Below, one piece after another: positions 13,503-26,610 of a stretch of 64,000 nucleotides of DNA. Made by a program: the position numbers and the translations under genes. The DNA is taken from NCBI RefSeq assembly GCF_964204645.1, contig NC_134034.1, forward strand, positions 10,428,962-10,492,961, given 5' to 3'. Under the pieces are notes generated by a model. The model saw only the letters and a program-made list of their open reading frames with translations, was not told the origin of the DNA and did not search any database. This stretch comes from Tubulanus polymorphus (taxonomy: Eukaryota; Animalia; Nemertea). Every line of letters starts with the position of its first letter. Position 1 is the stretch's first letter.

Positions 13503-14910
13503 ACCCGGGGTGGTGACCAGACCTTAAGCGTTTATCATGAAAATAAGAACTCAACATTCAGCTTCTTACAGACTCAATCGCGGTCAAGCAGACCAAGAGG
13601 CAGAGGCAGATATGTTAGGAAACAGAGTATTTGACAAACTTTTACTCAGTATTTGACACCAACTCTGTGTAGAATCTTACCAGTCTCAACTTTACCGCAG
13701 TAAGAGACAGGGTCTACTGTATTTCACAAACTCTTACTCAGTATTTGACACCAACTCGGGGTAGAATTTTACCAGTCTCAACTTTACCGCAGTAAGAGAC
13801 AGGGTCTGTAATTCACAAACTCTTACTCAGTATTTGACACCAACTCGGGGTAGAATTTTACCAGTCTCAACTTAACCGCAGTAAGTGACAGAATCTACTG
13901 TTGAGACGGAGACAACTGTATTACACAATTTCTAACTCAGTTTTTTCAATCAACTGAATCCATCTTGACTCCATCTTGATTCGATATTTTGCCTTCCCCG
14001 GTTCTAGTTACTCGTAAACTTTAAAGCACATTTTCTGACACGTATATGAATAGATCAATTAGAGATGTACTCATTAATTAGTTTCACGTTAATTAATTGG
14101 TATGTATATCTGGTTGCATACACGAGCGAGTGATCGTGTTTCAACACAGGTGAGGCGCACACACACACACACACACAGCCCGCAGGTGACACGGCTTTGA
14201 TAGATTACCCGGGGTGGTGACCAGACCTTAAGCGTTTATCATGAAAATAAGAACTCAACATTCAGCTTCTTACAGACTCAATCGCGGTCAAGCAGACCAA
14301 GAGGCAGAGGCAGATATGTTAGGAAACAGAGTATTTGACAAACTTTTACTCAGTATTTGACACCAACTCTGTGTAGAATCTTACCAGTCTCAACTTTACC
14401 GCAGTAAGAGACAGGGTCTACTGTATTTCACAAACTCTTACTCAGTATTTGACACCAACTCGGGGTAGAATTTTACCAGTCTCAACTTTACCGCAGTAAG
14501 AGACAGGGTCTGTAATTCACAAACTCTTACTCAGTATTTGACACCAACTCGGGGTAGAATTTTACCAGTCTCAACTTAACCGCAGTAAGTGACAGAATCT
14601 ACTGTTGAGACGGAGACAACTGTATTACACAATTTCTAACTCAGTTTTTTCAATCAACTGAATCCATCTTGACTCCATCTTGATTCGATATTTTGCCTTC
14701 CCCGGTTCTAGTTACTCGTAAACTTTAAAGCACATTTTCTGACACGTATATGAATAGATCAATTAGAGATGTACTCATTAATTAGTTTCACGTTAATTAA
14801 TTGGTATGTATATCTGGTTGCATACACGAGCGAGTGATCGTGTTTCAACACAGGTGAGGCGCACACACACACACACACACAGCCCGCAGGTGACACGGCT
14901 TTGATAGATT
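13503..14910 (+). repeat. perfect 704-bp tandem duplication (13503-14206 / 14207-14910), each copy containing ~3 inverted 92-bp units
   Basis: acccggggtggtgaccagacc starts at 13503 and 14207. The copies appear identical, including the (AC)9 run, with 2-bp AC microhomology at the junction. Confidence 0.93.
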
Positions 14911-15020
14911 ACACTCATTATCAGGATCATTCATTTCCCCGGGAGAAACTTATCTTTCGCTTTATCTCACTCAAAATACAACCAGAGACACAGAGAAAGA
15001 GAGCACGGTTTTTTTCGAAG

Positions 15021-15390
15021 GCATCGCCTAGTGGTTGAAATTTGATAAAAGCGCCCTCTACTGGTTAAAACGTGTCCAAAATTACCCCCTGGTTGAAAGG
15101 TTTTCAAAAGCGCCTCCAGGTGGTTTAAATTTAAAAGTTTTTGAAAGCGCCTCCTAGTGGTTTTAATGCTTTAAAAAGCGCCTCCTGGTGGTTATGTAGT
15201 TTTCAAAGGCACCCCCTAGTGGTAAAAATGTTTTAAGCTCTTCTAAGGCTGTGCCTGCATACAATTCTCGAAAGAACGAAATATCAAATGCGATCCTTTC
15301 AATGCTGTGTGCGCATGCCGGAAATAAGCCATATATCGATGTATAGATTCGCTACCGCAATATCCGTTCTGGTAGGCGCCCCCTAGTGGG
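15021..15390. promoter_or_regulatory. array of co-oriented CTCF-like motifs (putative insulator)
   Basis: gcgccctctactgg 15051, gcgcctccaggtgg 15110, gcgcctcctagtgg 15147, gcgcctcctggtgg 15178, gcaccccctagtgg 15209, gcgccccctagtgg 15376. Confidence 0.55.
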
Positions 15391-15944
15391 CGGGGCAATT
15401 ACCAATTCCGCGAGAGTCATCGACAGTACACGCAAAAAACTTTTCATATCGGCGGAAATGAATGAGAGATGTCGACCGACCGATATAGATTCGGTTCCCT
15501 TACTACCAATATCCGTTCACATATCAATACACCATTACACGGGCTTTATCGCGAAGCGCTATTTTTTCTGATGATACAATATCCGGTTATCGAGTACTGA
15601 AGGTGAATCGACCTCCGCCGCGAGTTGTGGCAACTTTTTAAGCAAATTTCCGGCAGTTGTCGATCGGGTCGCGCACGCGCGAGTAAACGGCGTTAGAACA
15701 CGTGACTGATTAGCGATTCCGGCGAGCGAGTAGTGTATAACATCTCGCGTAGTAATAACTCGACTCCTCGGTGGCCGATTTACCGCCCGCTCGTTCATTC
15801 TAGCTACGCGATTTGATACAATCGATAAATGATGATGGTGAAATTAACAGTTCATTCGATCAATGATCTCATTACATATTCAATTCAATCCACTTAACTA
15901 CCACTAAACGATGTATATATATACCGCGTTAGGAATGAAAATCT

Positions 15945-16400
15945 ATCATCCCTAGGCAGGGATTCGAACTTGATGTCATCGTAAGACTCAGCCAAATTAT
16001 ACCCGACTAAAACGTCAAAACGTCGGACCAGGCCAAGCCTAGCGCGTGTAAGTTAAAGCCCAGGCGCGGGCCATGACTCGAGCCTTGTCCGGGCCAGCTC
16101 CCCCGACAGGGATTCGAACCTGATGGCATCGCTACACTCAGCCACCCTGCCACACTAGACCGGGTGCGCAGGAACATACGCACGAAGATTTGCGGCACCA
16201 ATCAGATCGGTCGTTGTATAATCGCTGAGGCAAATCTCTCTAAATGGCGGTCTATAAATGGAAAACCCAGAATGAAAACAAAACGGGATATTTGATTGGC
16301 TAATAATAACTAAACTGCACGCTCGTTCTAATGTGGCAGGGTCTCGTACCGCGGCGAGTCTAGCCATCAGGTTCGAATCCCGTTGAGGATGAATATTCTG
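15945..16400. mobile_element. cluster of three tRNA-derived SINE-head copies (two -, one +)
   Basis: catcaggttcgaatccc B-box at ~16366 (+), and its complement at ~15957 (variant) and ~16108. The copies at ~16108 and ~16366 share an upstream cta(a/g)tgtggcagggt motif. Confidence 0.65.
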
Positions 16401-17389
16401 CAGACGAATCTAAGGAAGACTCTGTGGTGATTCCCGGGAATTTGACGGAAGATTTTCACGGGATTCCCATGGTTTCTAGAGAAGACTCTCACTGGATTTA
16501 AATGCGGATTCGATTAGGAAGCTTCTCCGAGGGCGATTCGAAGGAATTTCATTATTACGGCAAGATATATAACTGTAGGAGACGGCCATTCAACTTTTGA
16601 GTTAAAAAGATAAATTACACTTTTGTTTTTTTTTCATATACACTCAAGTAGCTTATGCGACGAAATCTCGGCAATTCACGCGAGAATCACACTAGTCGAG
16701 TGTTATTGTCGGCATACCTCGCTTTTTGAATTCGAGTAGTATAGATCATGTCACGCCATTAGTGTCATAAATCATTCAACGCGAATTGTGTCCCTGCTCA
16801 ATGTGGCGCTCCATAGCGTTATCACCGGCACACAGAAAGCGCCGAGCTCTTTTTGCATCGCGCTCAACGACACATCAAAACTCTTTTTTTCGCCGATCCG
16901 ATCGCGAAAAGATCGGGGATTTTCCTTTTCAGATTCATCGTACATCGGTAGCTGTATAAATCCCTTTTTTATATAAAGACGTAATACGAAAATATTGACT
17001 CGCTATTTCGAGTAAAAGACGATTTGCGTAAAATGCGAAGTTTGACCTGGATCGGCGGCAAGGTTTTTGATCCGCCCAGTCACTGCTCTCTCAATAATTG
17101 TTGCATGAAAAAACCTGAGAATCACCGACAAATATCTGCATTTCATCCCCCTTAAAATGGTGCATAAATTTAGTTTATCAAGCAATGGACCGCAGAGCTA
17201 ATGGAATTCAATGAAAACTTATGTTTCAAAAAAATCTCGAGGGACCGCCACAAAATGGCGCCTAGAAACTGGAAACTTCTTTATTGGGTCGGTTAGGGAA
17301 TGCTAGCATCGGAAGATAACTCCGAGATGAAATCAGGTCGTTTTCAATGTTTTATAACTGTTCCGAGTTAAAATGTGGAACTGGATCCA

Positions 17390-17558
17390 GTGGGCCAGTT
17401 CCACAGTTAGAGTTAACTCTTGAGGAAAAATCAGTTCACTCAAACTGGAACCAGGGTCCAGTTCCACAGTTGTGAGTTAAGATTCGAAGAGTTAACTCGT
17501 TGAAAATGAACTAATTTAAGTCAGAGTCAACTCTAACTCACAACTGTGGAACTGGGCC
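17390..17558. mobile_element. MITE with ggcccagttccacagttgtgagtt-type TIRs
   Basis: ccagttccacagttgtgagtta ... taactcacaactgtggaactgggcc. Relatives at 19175-19287 and 30340-30750. Confidence 0.7.
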
Positions 17559-18140
17559 TGCCCTTGGGAATTTGCAAACTTCCGATCGAGAGTCCATCGT
17601 GCAAATCACTTCATACTGCGCTTGACCGCCCAAAACGGCATAGCTCTACCGAAGGCGCGCGCGTGGCCCGATAAGAAGACTTTCGTAGCATAATAAATGC
17701 TAGCAGTGTAGGAAGACATCATTTACGGCATCTTTGAGCCTTCGCGCGGTGTATCGTACTGGTATACACTAATACATCTACATTTACGTTTCTGCGCGCT
17801 ATGATAAGACAAATTACTTTTGACGGATTTATATGATGGATAAGGAAATCTTCATAATAAGCTACTTTTCCCGTTGAATGACGCGAGAGCGGAGTGTGTA
17901 TTATGATCTCGAGGGGCACATACTGCAGGCTAAAGCGATGATGATTACGGACATATTGCTCCCTGGTGATTCGATCGCGGCCATTATGAATCGGCTAGCG
18001 TCGAGAACGAGCACCTGCCGCGCTAGCTGTTATGACGATGACGGTCACGAGATCGTATACAGCAAGTCGTCGCAGATGTCGTGAAATTAAGTACGACGGT
18101 GAACGGCTCAGCTGAAGAAGCTGAATTTACCTACCCTGTA

Positions 18141-18421
18141 GAACGATAACCACACTCAGACGTGGTGAACGGATAATAAGATAAAATCCCACTATTTACT
18201 GATTAAAAGAATTTAAAAACCAGAATTTATTTATTCAATCAAAAATATATAAAAGACTCGACGTTTCGATCTCACCCTAGAGATCATCGCGTCTTATTTG
18301 ACACCTGACGATGATCTCTAGGGTGAGATCGAAACGTCGTGTCTTTTATATATTTTTGATTGAATAAATAAATTTTGGTTTTTAAATTCCTTTAATCTGT
18401 AAATAGTGGGATTTTATCTTA
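18141..18421 (+). mobile_element. Penelope-like pLTR insertion (inverted arrangement) with 14-bp TSD
   Basis: About 116-bp inverted arms (18174-18289 / 18309-18424), flanked by the direct repeat ttacctaccctgta at 18127-18140 and 18422-18435. The 3' end gtgggattt is shared with the PLE ending at 63783. Confidence 0.75.
18300..18343 (+). ncRNA. minimal type I hammerhead ribozyme
   Basis: Stem I gacac/gtgtc, core CUGACGA, stem II gatctc/gagatc, GAAA, palindromic mini stem III, cleavage triplet GUC. Confidence 0.8.
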
Positions 18422-18435
18422 TTACCTACCCTGTA

Positions 18436-18790
18436 CTACCGGAGGGCCAGGGGTGACATGATAATGGTTTTCAACATCATGCGCCAAAACTACAATATTG
18501 ATGGTAACACCATACTTGAGGTAGATAAGCGGAGACGTCAGTTGAGAGGTCACAGTCAGAAACTTTTAAAGCCAAGGTGTAAGAAGGAGCTTTACAGCAA
18601 AGCTTTTTCTCGAATCGAAGTGTCAAAAAATGGAACAATCTGACGGAAAATATAGTCACAGCTCCATCAATAAATTGCTTTAAAAGTACACTCGACAATT
18701 TCTGGGAAGACCAGAAATATCTTACCTCGTAAAATAGATTTTTTTTGTCAATTCAAATCAATGTCACAAATTATAATAATCGTTTGTTTA
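18436..18790 (+). mobile_element. CR1-type LINE 3' fragment
   Basis: Frameshifted GDMIMVFNI...LRGHSQKLLKPRC...FFSNR..KKWNNL...VTAPSINCFKSTLD, the typical CR1 ORF2 C-terminus. Confidence 0.8.
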
Positions 18791-19007
18791 TTATTAAAAT
18801 TTACTTTTATTCTAATTTTTTACTAATCAACTAAACTGAACTAACATCGTATTAATCAATCCTGGGTAAATTTGCGGAATGGTGCTCCTGGTGTTACAAT
18901 GTCGGTTGGTACCTCCATAGAGGTTGCCGATACGATCACCTTGGGCCACACGCACCTTATTTTCCTTTTTAGTATAACAATAACAACATTTGACCGAATA
19001 AATCCTT

Positions 19008-19040
19008 GGCGGTGGCGGTGGCGGTGGCGGTGGCGGTGGC

Positions 19041-19102
<62 letters not shown>

Positions 19103-19141
19103 TGGCGATGGTGATGGTGATGGTGGTGATGATGATGATGA
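19008..19141. repeat. compound (GGTGGC)/(GGC)/(GAT) microsatellite
   Basis: Direct reading; gives spurious poly-Pro/Arg/Ala ORFs. Confidence 0.9.
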
Positions 19142-20289
19142 CAATGCAACATTCAGCTTGAAAATTTCCCTCAGGGTCCATCCAGTTCCACAGTTGAGAA
19201 TAAACTCTGAGTTAACTCATTGAAAAAAATGAACTAACTTTAACTCAGAGTTAACTCTAACTCACAACACTGTAGGACTGGGTCCAAGTTTCTAGAAACT
19301 GTATGAAAATGCAATGGAATTTCTTTAACTTTCCAGACTCTATCATTTCGCTCGGCATGCTGCGCGGAAATGTGTCCTTTATTAACCGCGAGCGCCCTTT
19401 TCATTTCGTCGTGCTAAACGATCAAAATCCCGTCCCTGTCGGAGAAGAGATTTCCACAGTACCGCCTTGGAGTAATCGTTTGACGAATAATTACTCCAAG
19501 GTATCGCGAAGAAATGTAGAGGCAGCAGTTTTTTTTTTATCTTAAAATAGGGATTGTCCCTGTTGTTTATTTGGTTTGTAAATGTCGTTAGACTTTTTGA
19601 TTGAGTGTCCCTTACAGACCCACCACACCTGCCGGGAGGGAAACAGGGGGTTTGATTTTGAAATCGGAAATCGAAGTACAGATATAGTTGTTTGCTCGGT
19701 GGTCTAATTTTTAGCGTACAACACATATCTTCCCTCGTCGGTTAGCGCGTGAAATCGAGAACTCCCCAGGCGCGGATGAGACGCAATGACACTGCGCGTT
19801 ATTTCGCTGTTACATCTTGTAATCCTGTCACCTTCGTTTCTCCGCCGTTGCTGCTGCTGTCGAATCAACGCGAACATTTTGTTTGTGTGTTTTTTTTTTT
19901 ACTAAAGAGATATCTACGGATATGTCATTCGTGATACTGACGCGCTGAGTTGAGCCAGGTTATCATTCTTTCGAGTTATTTTTTCTACTGTGTTGCTGTT
20001 GGGGGATAGAGGGGGACTGGGAGAGGAGAGAGAAGGGGGAGGGAGTGTTGATGTACGGTATAATTCTGTCAGCCGCTCTGATTTTACGCTGTACTCAATG
20101 AGAAAGTAACATCAGGAACATGTGCAAAAAAATAGAATAAATGCGAGATTCCGATTTCACTGACGACGCAGTTGTTAGAAACCCGGGAATAAGATGTTAC
20201 ACGGTTGATGGTTGCATTTAACGACCACATTCTTATGTTCTATGGCCGACCTGGCTCTTTCATAATATCACGCCAGCTGTATGGTTTAG

Positions 20290-20752
20290 ATTAATGACCA
20301 GTGTTAATCCATCTTTAGTTCTATAGTCAATCTAACAACTTCAGACCATCGGTCTTCGTGTTACCTTGGTTTTTTAACCAATCTAACAAGACCAATCTAA
20401 GACCATCGTTTAGTTCTGTATAGTCAATATTACAACTGAGGACCACTTTTGGAGTTTGTTTACGACTATGCAACTGATATTGGTTGGTTCTATGATCTCG
20501 GGGCTTAGACTTATAGGACCAGTGGTGTATGCTCATTTTGTTTGGTTCTATGACCTTTCTAACAACTTAAGACCAGTTTAAGCTCACTCTGGTGTTTATT
20601 AATCTAACAGCTTAAGATCAGTCTACGCTCATTTTGGTTCTATCACCAATCTAGCAACCTAAGACCAGTCTAAGCTCATTTTAGTACTTAAGATCATTCC
20701 TTAGATTGAAGATCACTTCTTCATTTTAAGTCTCGTCTGTGGAATCGACCCC
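20290..20752 (+). repeat. degenerate 47-bp family array ending in a TIR-like ggaatcgacccc
   Basis: aatctaacaacttaagaccagtctaagctc units. Confidence 0.65.
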
Positions 20753-21783
20753 TGGGAACACGCAGTCAAAGCTCAGATTAAGCTCATATCCGTTCAGCCT
20801 TACCACTGATATAAGATCTATAATAGTAAAGCCGTTTATGATCATGTCGGTTAGATTTTTTAAAATACAAACGCCCTTGACCCCTATACGCCGCCGTTGA
20901 GTCCACGAGACATATGCAATTACCAGTCACCGAAATATTATTTAGATATCAGTTTGAACGTATAATTAAATCGTGCGGATGACGAATCGAGCGGGATATG
21001 ATTTCACATATTTCATATTTTTTCGCTGATTTCCTCCCGCGGGACTTCAACTTAGTTTCACATATGACACACGGAGCGAGGAGTGACGTCGCGTCGTCGT
21101 ATTGACAGTGATTTATTTGTCTATTTGTCGCAGTATCGGCGGCCATTTTGTCATGTTCACGTCAACTCGGTAATGGCTCTTATAGATTAACGAGGCCATG
21201 TCGACAAACCTAATCGCGAATAGCAATTTAAGACGGTTTCCCCTCCGCTCAGCTGCGGAGCGACGGAGAGAGCACAATCAGAAATAGAGTGAGAGCTCCG
21301 TTAGACAGACGATCAGCCAGCGAGCCGCAGTGACCCGGATGATTAGAAAATGGCCGCTGTAAATAGCCACCGCTCTGACCTGTCACGTGGAAAATCCTTA
21401 AAGACAGAGTTGCATATGAATAACTGATCACGAAATGAAATGGAAACAAAGGAATTTCAATAAACTAAATATATTTAAAGAAGTAAATGACTGAAAATAA
21501 TAGAATACATCATGAAATAAAGGGTCCTAAACATTTAGAATTGGGAGCCTGAAGGATAGTCCAAGAGAAAACTATGCCTTATCGAGGTTTGCTGAGGTAA
21601 GCGCCTGGTACGTGGAATGGTCGACGAAGCACCGCGTCGATCTAGATAATTGGTTCCCGATTATATAGAACTCTAAACAACCCTTCGATACGGCTTCGAT
21701 AACGCGTCCATTAAGCTGGAAAGATTGAATTGATCGTTGATCTTTCGTGGACTTTGGTCCTTACCAAAAACCAAAAAATATAA

Positions 21784-21980
21784 GGCTATAGAAAAAATTG
21801 ATACCTTGTTCGTCATTTCTGCCGAGCTTAAAAGTTGCCCTGTACATTACTTTAAAAAAATCATGATCAGGCTTTACAATAACAGACCCGGCAGTTATAG
21901 AAACGAACCGATTAAGAATTTTATTGCAGTTTACAAAATGACCCGGCCTATTAGGAGACAAAAGATATCATTTTTTAGCC
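21784..21980. mobile_element. PIF/Harbinger-like MITE (TAA TSD)
   Basis: TAA|ggcta...tgataccttg ... gatatcattttttagcc|TAA. Same family as 40362-40580. Confidence 0.65.
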
Positions 21981-22884
21981 TAATTATCCAAAACCGCTGA
22001 AACTATTCGGCTCAATCGGTGGACTTTTTACTCAAACCATTAATTTGGTAAAACATTCTAGTTCCCGATTTATTAGTTACAAATCGAATCTTCTTTCGGA
22101 ACAGGAATTATTGTCCGACTTTGGGAACGCATTTAACATTGCAAACGTTTAGAAAATGTTCGAAAAACATTGAATATGACTTACACTAAAATTCGCCTTG
22201 AAAAATCTTAAACTTAACCGGGCTTATAGCAGGTCATTTTTCATTAAGAAGAAATGCGTCACGAGCAATTTTCTAGCTCAGAAAGTTCAGATCAGTGCGA
22301 ATTATGATACAGCACATAATAGTTCGCCTCTTAGCGTTTATAATTCACTAAAGACTGCAATCAATTTTTAAGTGGTTTTGGTACCGGCGGAGACGAGCCA
22401 AGAAGATTTTTCTCTTTTAGCAGTTTCTTTTATCTGCGCTGGCTTTTGTCTGAGGATTCGACTCTGTATGACAAAATGAATAGAGTGGCTTCCCTCCCTC
22501 TCTCCCGCTCTTCCTCGGTTTCTTTATAGATAAAAGCTATCGCACGGGAAGACTTTATTCGTATGAAAATGATGGACGTTTTCGGCTGTGCTGTACAGTC
22601 TTCTGTTATGTAGATCCGTCGCACAAATCCTACGCTATCAGACGGTAATGGAGACGCTGAGAGAAAAACGTCCAATAAACATCTTGTTGTAATCAGAGAA
22701 CGATGGGGTGTTCATTGTTAATGAATTGAATATTTGACAACCTGACTGGTCACCTTGGGTGCTTCCGCGATGATGAACAGAAACAAAATGATGGTCACCG
22801 AAAAAAACACACAGGGTCTGCACGCTGGAGGTTCGAATTTACCATTTTACCAATTTACCATTAGGAAAATTGATAATATTTTGT

Positions 22885-23130
<246 letters not shown>

Positions 23131-24515
23131 TCTATTTGAGAAATGACAGTTGCATCTTTACTTCCATAAATGTTTATGCAATGTATATTTTCATGATATA
23201 CACGTATAACGTTTTATAACGTAGTTGCTCAGCGCGGCGAGCTCTATATATTGCAGTTCTAACAATTCCCCGTCGCGTTTCACGAGCATTTTATGCAACA
23301 TGTATCTCGCGGAAGCAATAATCTTTCGCCCGATATATTCGTCCTCTTCGCTTTCGGATTATTTTGTCAACGGTAGATTTGCGCGGAGACTTATTGCCGG
23401 GCTATCAACTACGGGATAAGTACGTTACGGTACATTGATTCGACATGTACTCGTTACGCTAAGCGAGTATATACCACTAGACCGCTCTCTCCCTCCTCTC
23501 TCCCTCTCTCTCTCTCGCTACCTCTTCATCGGCTGATTCGATTTTCTAATAAAAATCCCGATCTCTTTCGCCTCGGCGACGATATATTTGCTTATTTAAC
23601 GGGCTGAAAAGCTGGCCAACGATTTCCGCGAAAGGCGGTTACAAAAAAGCGATGTCTACGCACCCGACTATACTAACTATATCGAAATGCATTTTACAAC
23701 CAATGGCCGGAGTAAACAGGAATAAAAGCTAAGTAACCCGTGTAGCTCAGATATACAGACGGGCGCTTTCGTCGTTGGCAATGCTGCGAATAACGGCGGA
23801 TTATTTTTTCATACATTTCCGATTGCTTTTATGCATCCGCACGAGTTACGATCCGCGCACTCTCGACTCCGGGGGGAAAAAATCACCAACATCATCAACA
23901 TCATCATGACTAAAAGCGTGCGCGCGCTGCGCACGGCTAAATCATCTCTCGTAAAATGCTTTTTTCATACAATAACGAATTCTCTTTTCGCGTCGGTTCG
24001 GCTACTATCTCAGATCTGAGTTTGTTCGGACGACTATAGCTGAACCCGGGTTTCTTTGTAAGAGAGCGGGTTCGACGAAAACGCGGTATATAGTATGAAT
24101 CGACAATCGTTTTCAAGAACTTTGAACTGGATTTTCAGTATCTCGAATCCATACGTTTATCACAGCGCCTACAGAATAGACGATACATGTATTTCCTCTA
24201 TTCGGATATCGGTTTAGTCTTCATGAATAATCGATTCATTTATGAGAAACGTTCATTCAGATTTAATTGAAATGTTGAAGAAATTGAACGCGGAAGACCG
24301 AGAGACTACTAGCGACATCTGGTGCATCGTGCGCAAGCGCGCTAACCAGTAGACCACTAGTCTTCTTGGCCAGTGGTTATACATGCATCAGACTTGGCTT
24401 CGTGCAGCCTTTTGGGCCTCAATGGGCCTGCAAAATGTATAATCTGTATTGTACTGTACATCTATGAATGCAAATGCATAGCAATGCAATGCAACACAAT
24501 GCAATGCAATGTATT

Positions 24516-24830
24516 CAGGCACGGATCCAGGGGGCAGCACCTGGGGCACGTGCTACTCTCTAGATTTTCAGTTGGCCCCGGAAAATCTTACCCGTAAAAA
24601 ATTCGGTACCGTCTGAGGACGTCTTCAAGATTGTAAATGTGATTTTTCTTTGGTTGGAACAAGCTCAAGTCCTCGGAAATGGCGTCTGCAGGGGCTTATT
24701 TTTCAAAATATTCCCGGAGAAGGGCTTCCAGACCACTTTTCGCTACTCGTGGATGGTGATAATCTTCTTGATAATTATTGCCCTTTTCATCAGGTGCGAC
24801 CAAGCAAAATAAGCTCTGGAACCACCTCTG
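24516..24830. mobile_element. MITE with caggcacggatccag / ctggaaccacctctg termini
   Basis: Imperfect TIRs; gtatt flanks both sides. Confidence 0.5.
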
Positions 24831-25191
24831 GTATTGTATGTGATTCCTACAACACCCCCTCCTTACTCAGTTACTTTCGAAGATTATGAACAGAATTTAA
24901 ATCTAAGAAATAATCGGCAATGTACGCTTGATGCAGCAACACCTCCCTGTATACACGTAATCGGATGAAATCGTACCAGGCCCCTGACCTATCGTTTAGA
25001 AGTAATCGGATAACACCGGATGAAATGATGCGTACGTGGCGCGCTGATGAAATATCTGTCAGGAAAGCGTAGCGTGCGAAGTCATCGATTGCGCCGAGGT
25101 GCGTTCTAGAATTTCGAGCCTATCGAAAAAAAACTACACGAAGTTTCGGACGAAGAGCGTTGAAACTAATTAAAGCATCGACCGCGGTTTT

Positions 25192-25730
25192 GAATACGAA
25201 TACGAATACGAATATTTATTACACTCGACCAACCATTCCCATGGTATATGGAGGAGAAAACAATATTTACAATTATCTACAAAAACAGTAGATAAAAGCA
25301 CTTTGGAACATAACAAACGTTATTTACAACATACTATTTGCACATACTACCGGAGGGATCTATATACATCTAGACCTAATTTGATAAATTTAGCTACGTT
25401 AAAAGTTGGATTTATTAAAACATCAAGGTTCCGAAAGGTATTTGAATTTAGGTAGCTTTCACGGAATTCGGTAAGCAATTTACAGTCAAAAATGAAATGT
25501 AGTTCGTCGCCTAAAACGTTACAGGTGGGGCATAATCTATCGGTTCTCGGTAGATGGAGGTTTGACAATTTATTTACAGGTAAAAGATAAAATCCAATCC
25601 TGAACTGGAATACACTGGTCACTGAGTCGTCATCAAGTCGATTTATATAGTTTTCAAATTTAATATCCTTTTTATATTGTCTAAAATTAATGTAAAACGG
25701 GTTATTATTTAGCCTAAATTCTGTCTCTTG
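25192..25730 (-). mobile_element. non-LTR retrotransposon 3' fragment (CCHC zinc-knuckle C-terminus, (TATTCG)n tail)
   Basis: KFENYI...FRIG...LPV...RLCPTCNVLGDELHFIFDC followed by a short tandem tail at 25192-25215. Confidence 0.8.
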
Positions 25731-26467
25731 CACATGATGATCACGGAGTATACGGTGTAATTGTTTTACTGATTCAACACTAGCGCCACCTGGCGGAACC
25801 TCCTGGCGATATTCCGTATATTCCGGAATACAGTTATTCGAAAACAAATGTCATTGTAACATTGGTACATCGATTGCCACAGTAGCCTTGACGGTTTTCG
25901 GCAAATGTCTTATACTCAACCGGCTTCGAATCGAGTGAGATTCGAATTACAAAAAGCGGGTGGAATTTCTTTCGTGAATAATTTAGTTTCAACTGTTCGC
26001 CGGGTGAATCGAACTGCGGCACGCGGGGAGTATGCAGCATTCCTACCCGCGTGTGCCTAATAAAGCGCGATACAGAACGCTAAGAATCCCAGCGATTCCC
26101 CGTGATTTATGTAGATTAGAAAGGCAATTTGTCGCGTTTTTAGCAAAAAGAACGGTTAAAATTCTTTAAGTAACTTCGCTCATTCTCTCTACCGGTAAAC
26201 TACGTGCGACTTTAAAAATCAGCAGTTTAGAACTGACCGTTGAGGAATTTGAAATTTGATTTGATTATCAGATTTCGGCTCATCAACATAATTTATGCCG
26301 AGTCGCTTAAAATCGCAATTTGCGCGTGACAAAAACTGAATTCCTACAACTTTAATTGAACTAAAACGTTTATCAGAAGCGGAAATATTTCGGGTATAGT
26401 TACTACTGCTCTTCTATAAGTCTCAAATGGTATCAAAAGATATCATCGTCAATGCCGCTATTTTTCA

Positions 26468-26610
26468 GGGGCTGCAGTTCCCTGGTCAAAAATTGGTTAA
26501 GGCTTAAACCAGTGGATAGATGACACAGTGACGATTATAATAAGTTCATTGTTACTGTAGCATTTATCCGCCGGTTACCTTTAACCAACTTTTGAGTAAC
26601 TGCGGCGCCT
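26468..26610. mobile_element. palindromic MITE
   Basis: ggggctgcagtt...aaattggttaa ... ttaaccaacttttgagtaactgcggcgcc. Relative at 48449-48911. Confidence 0.65.

Noticed and set aside
18827-19181. Poly-Pro/Arg/Ala ORFs
   Set aside because: Microsatellite translation.
25347-25847. 166-aa ORF as a host zinc-finger gene
   Set aside because: It matches a LINE ORF2 C-terminus with a repeat tail and is 5'-truncated.
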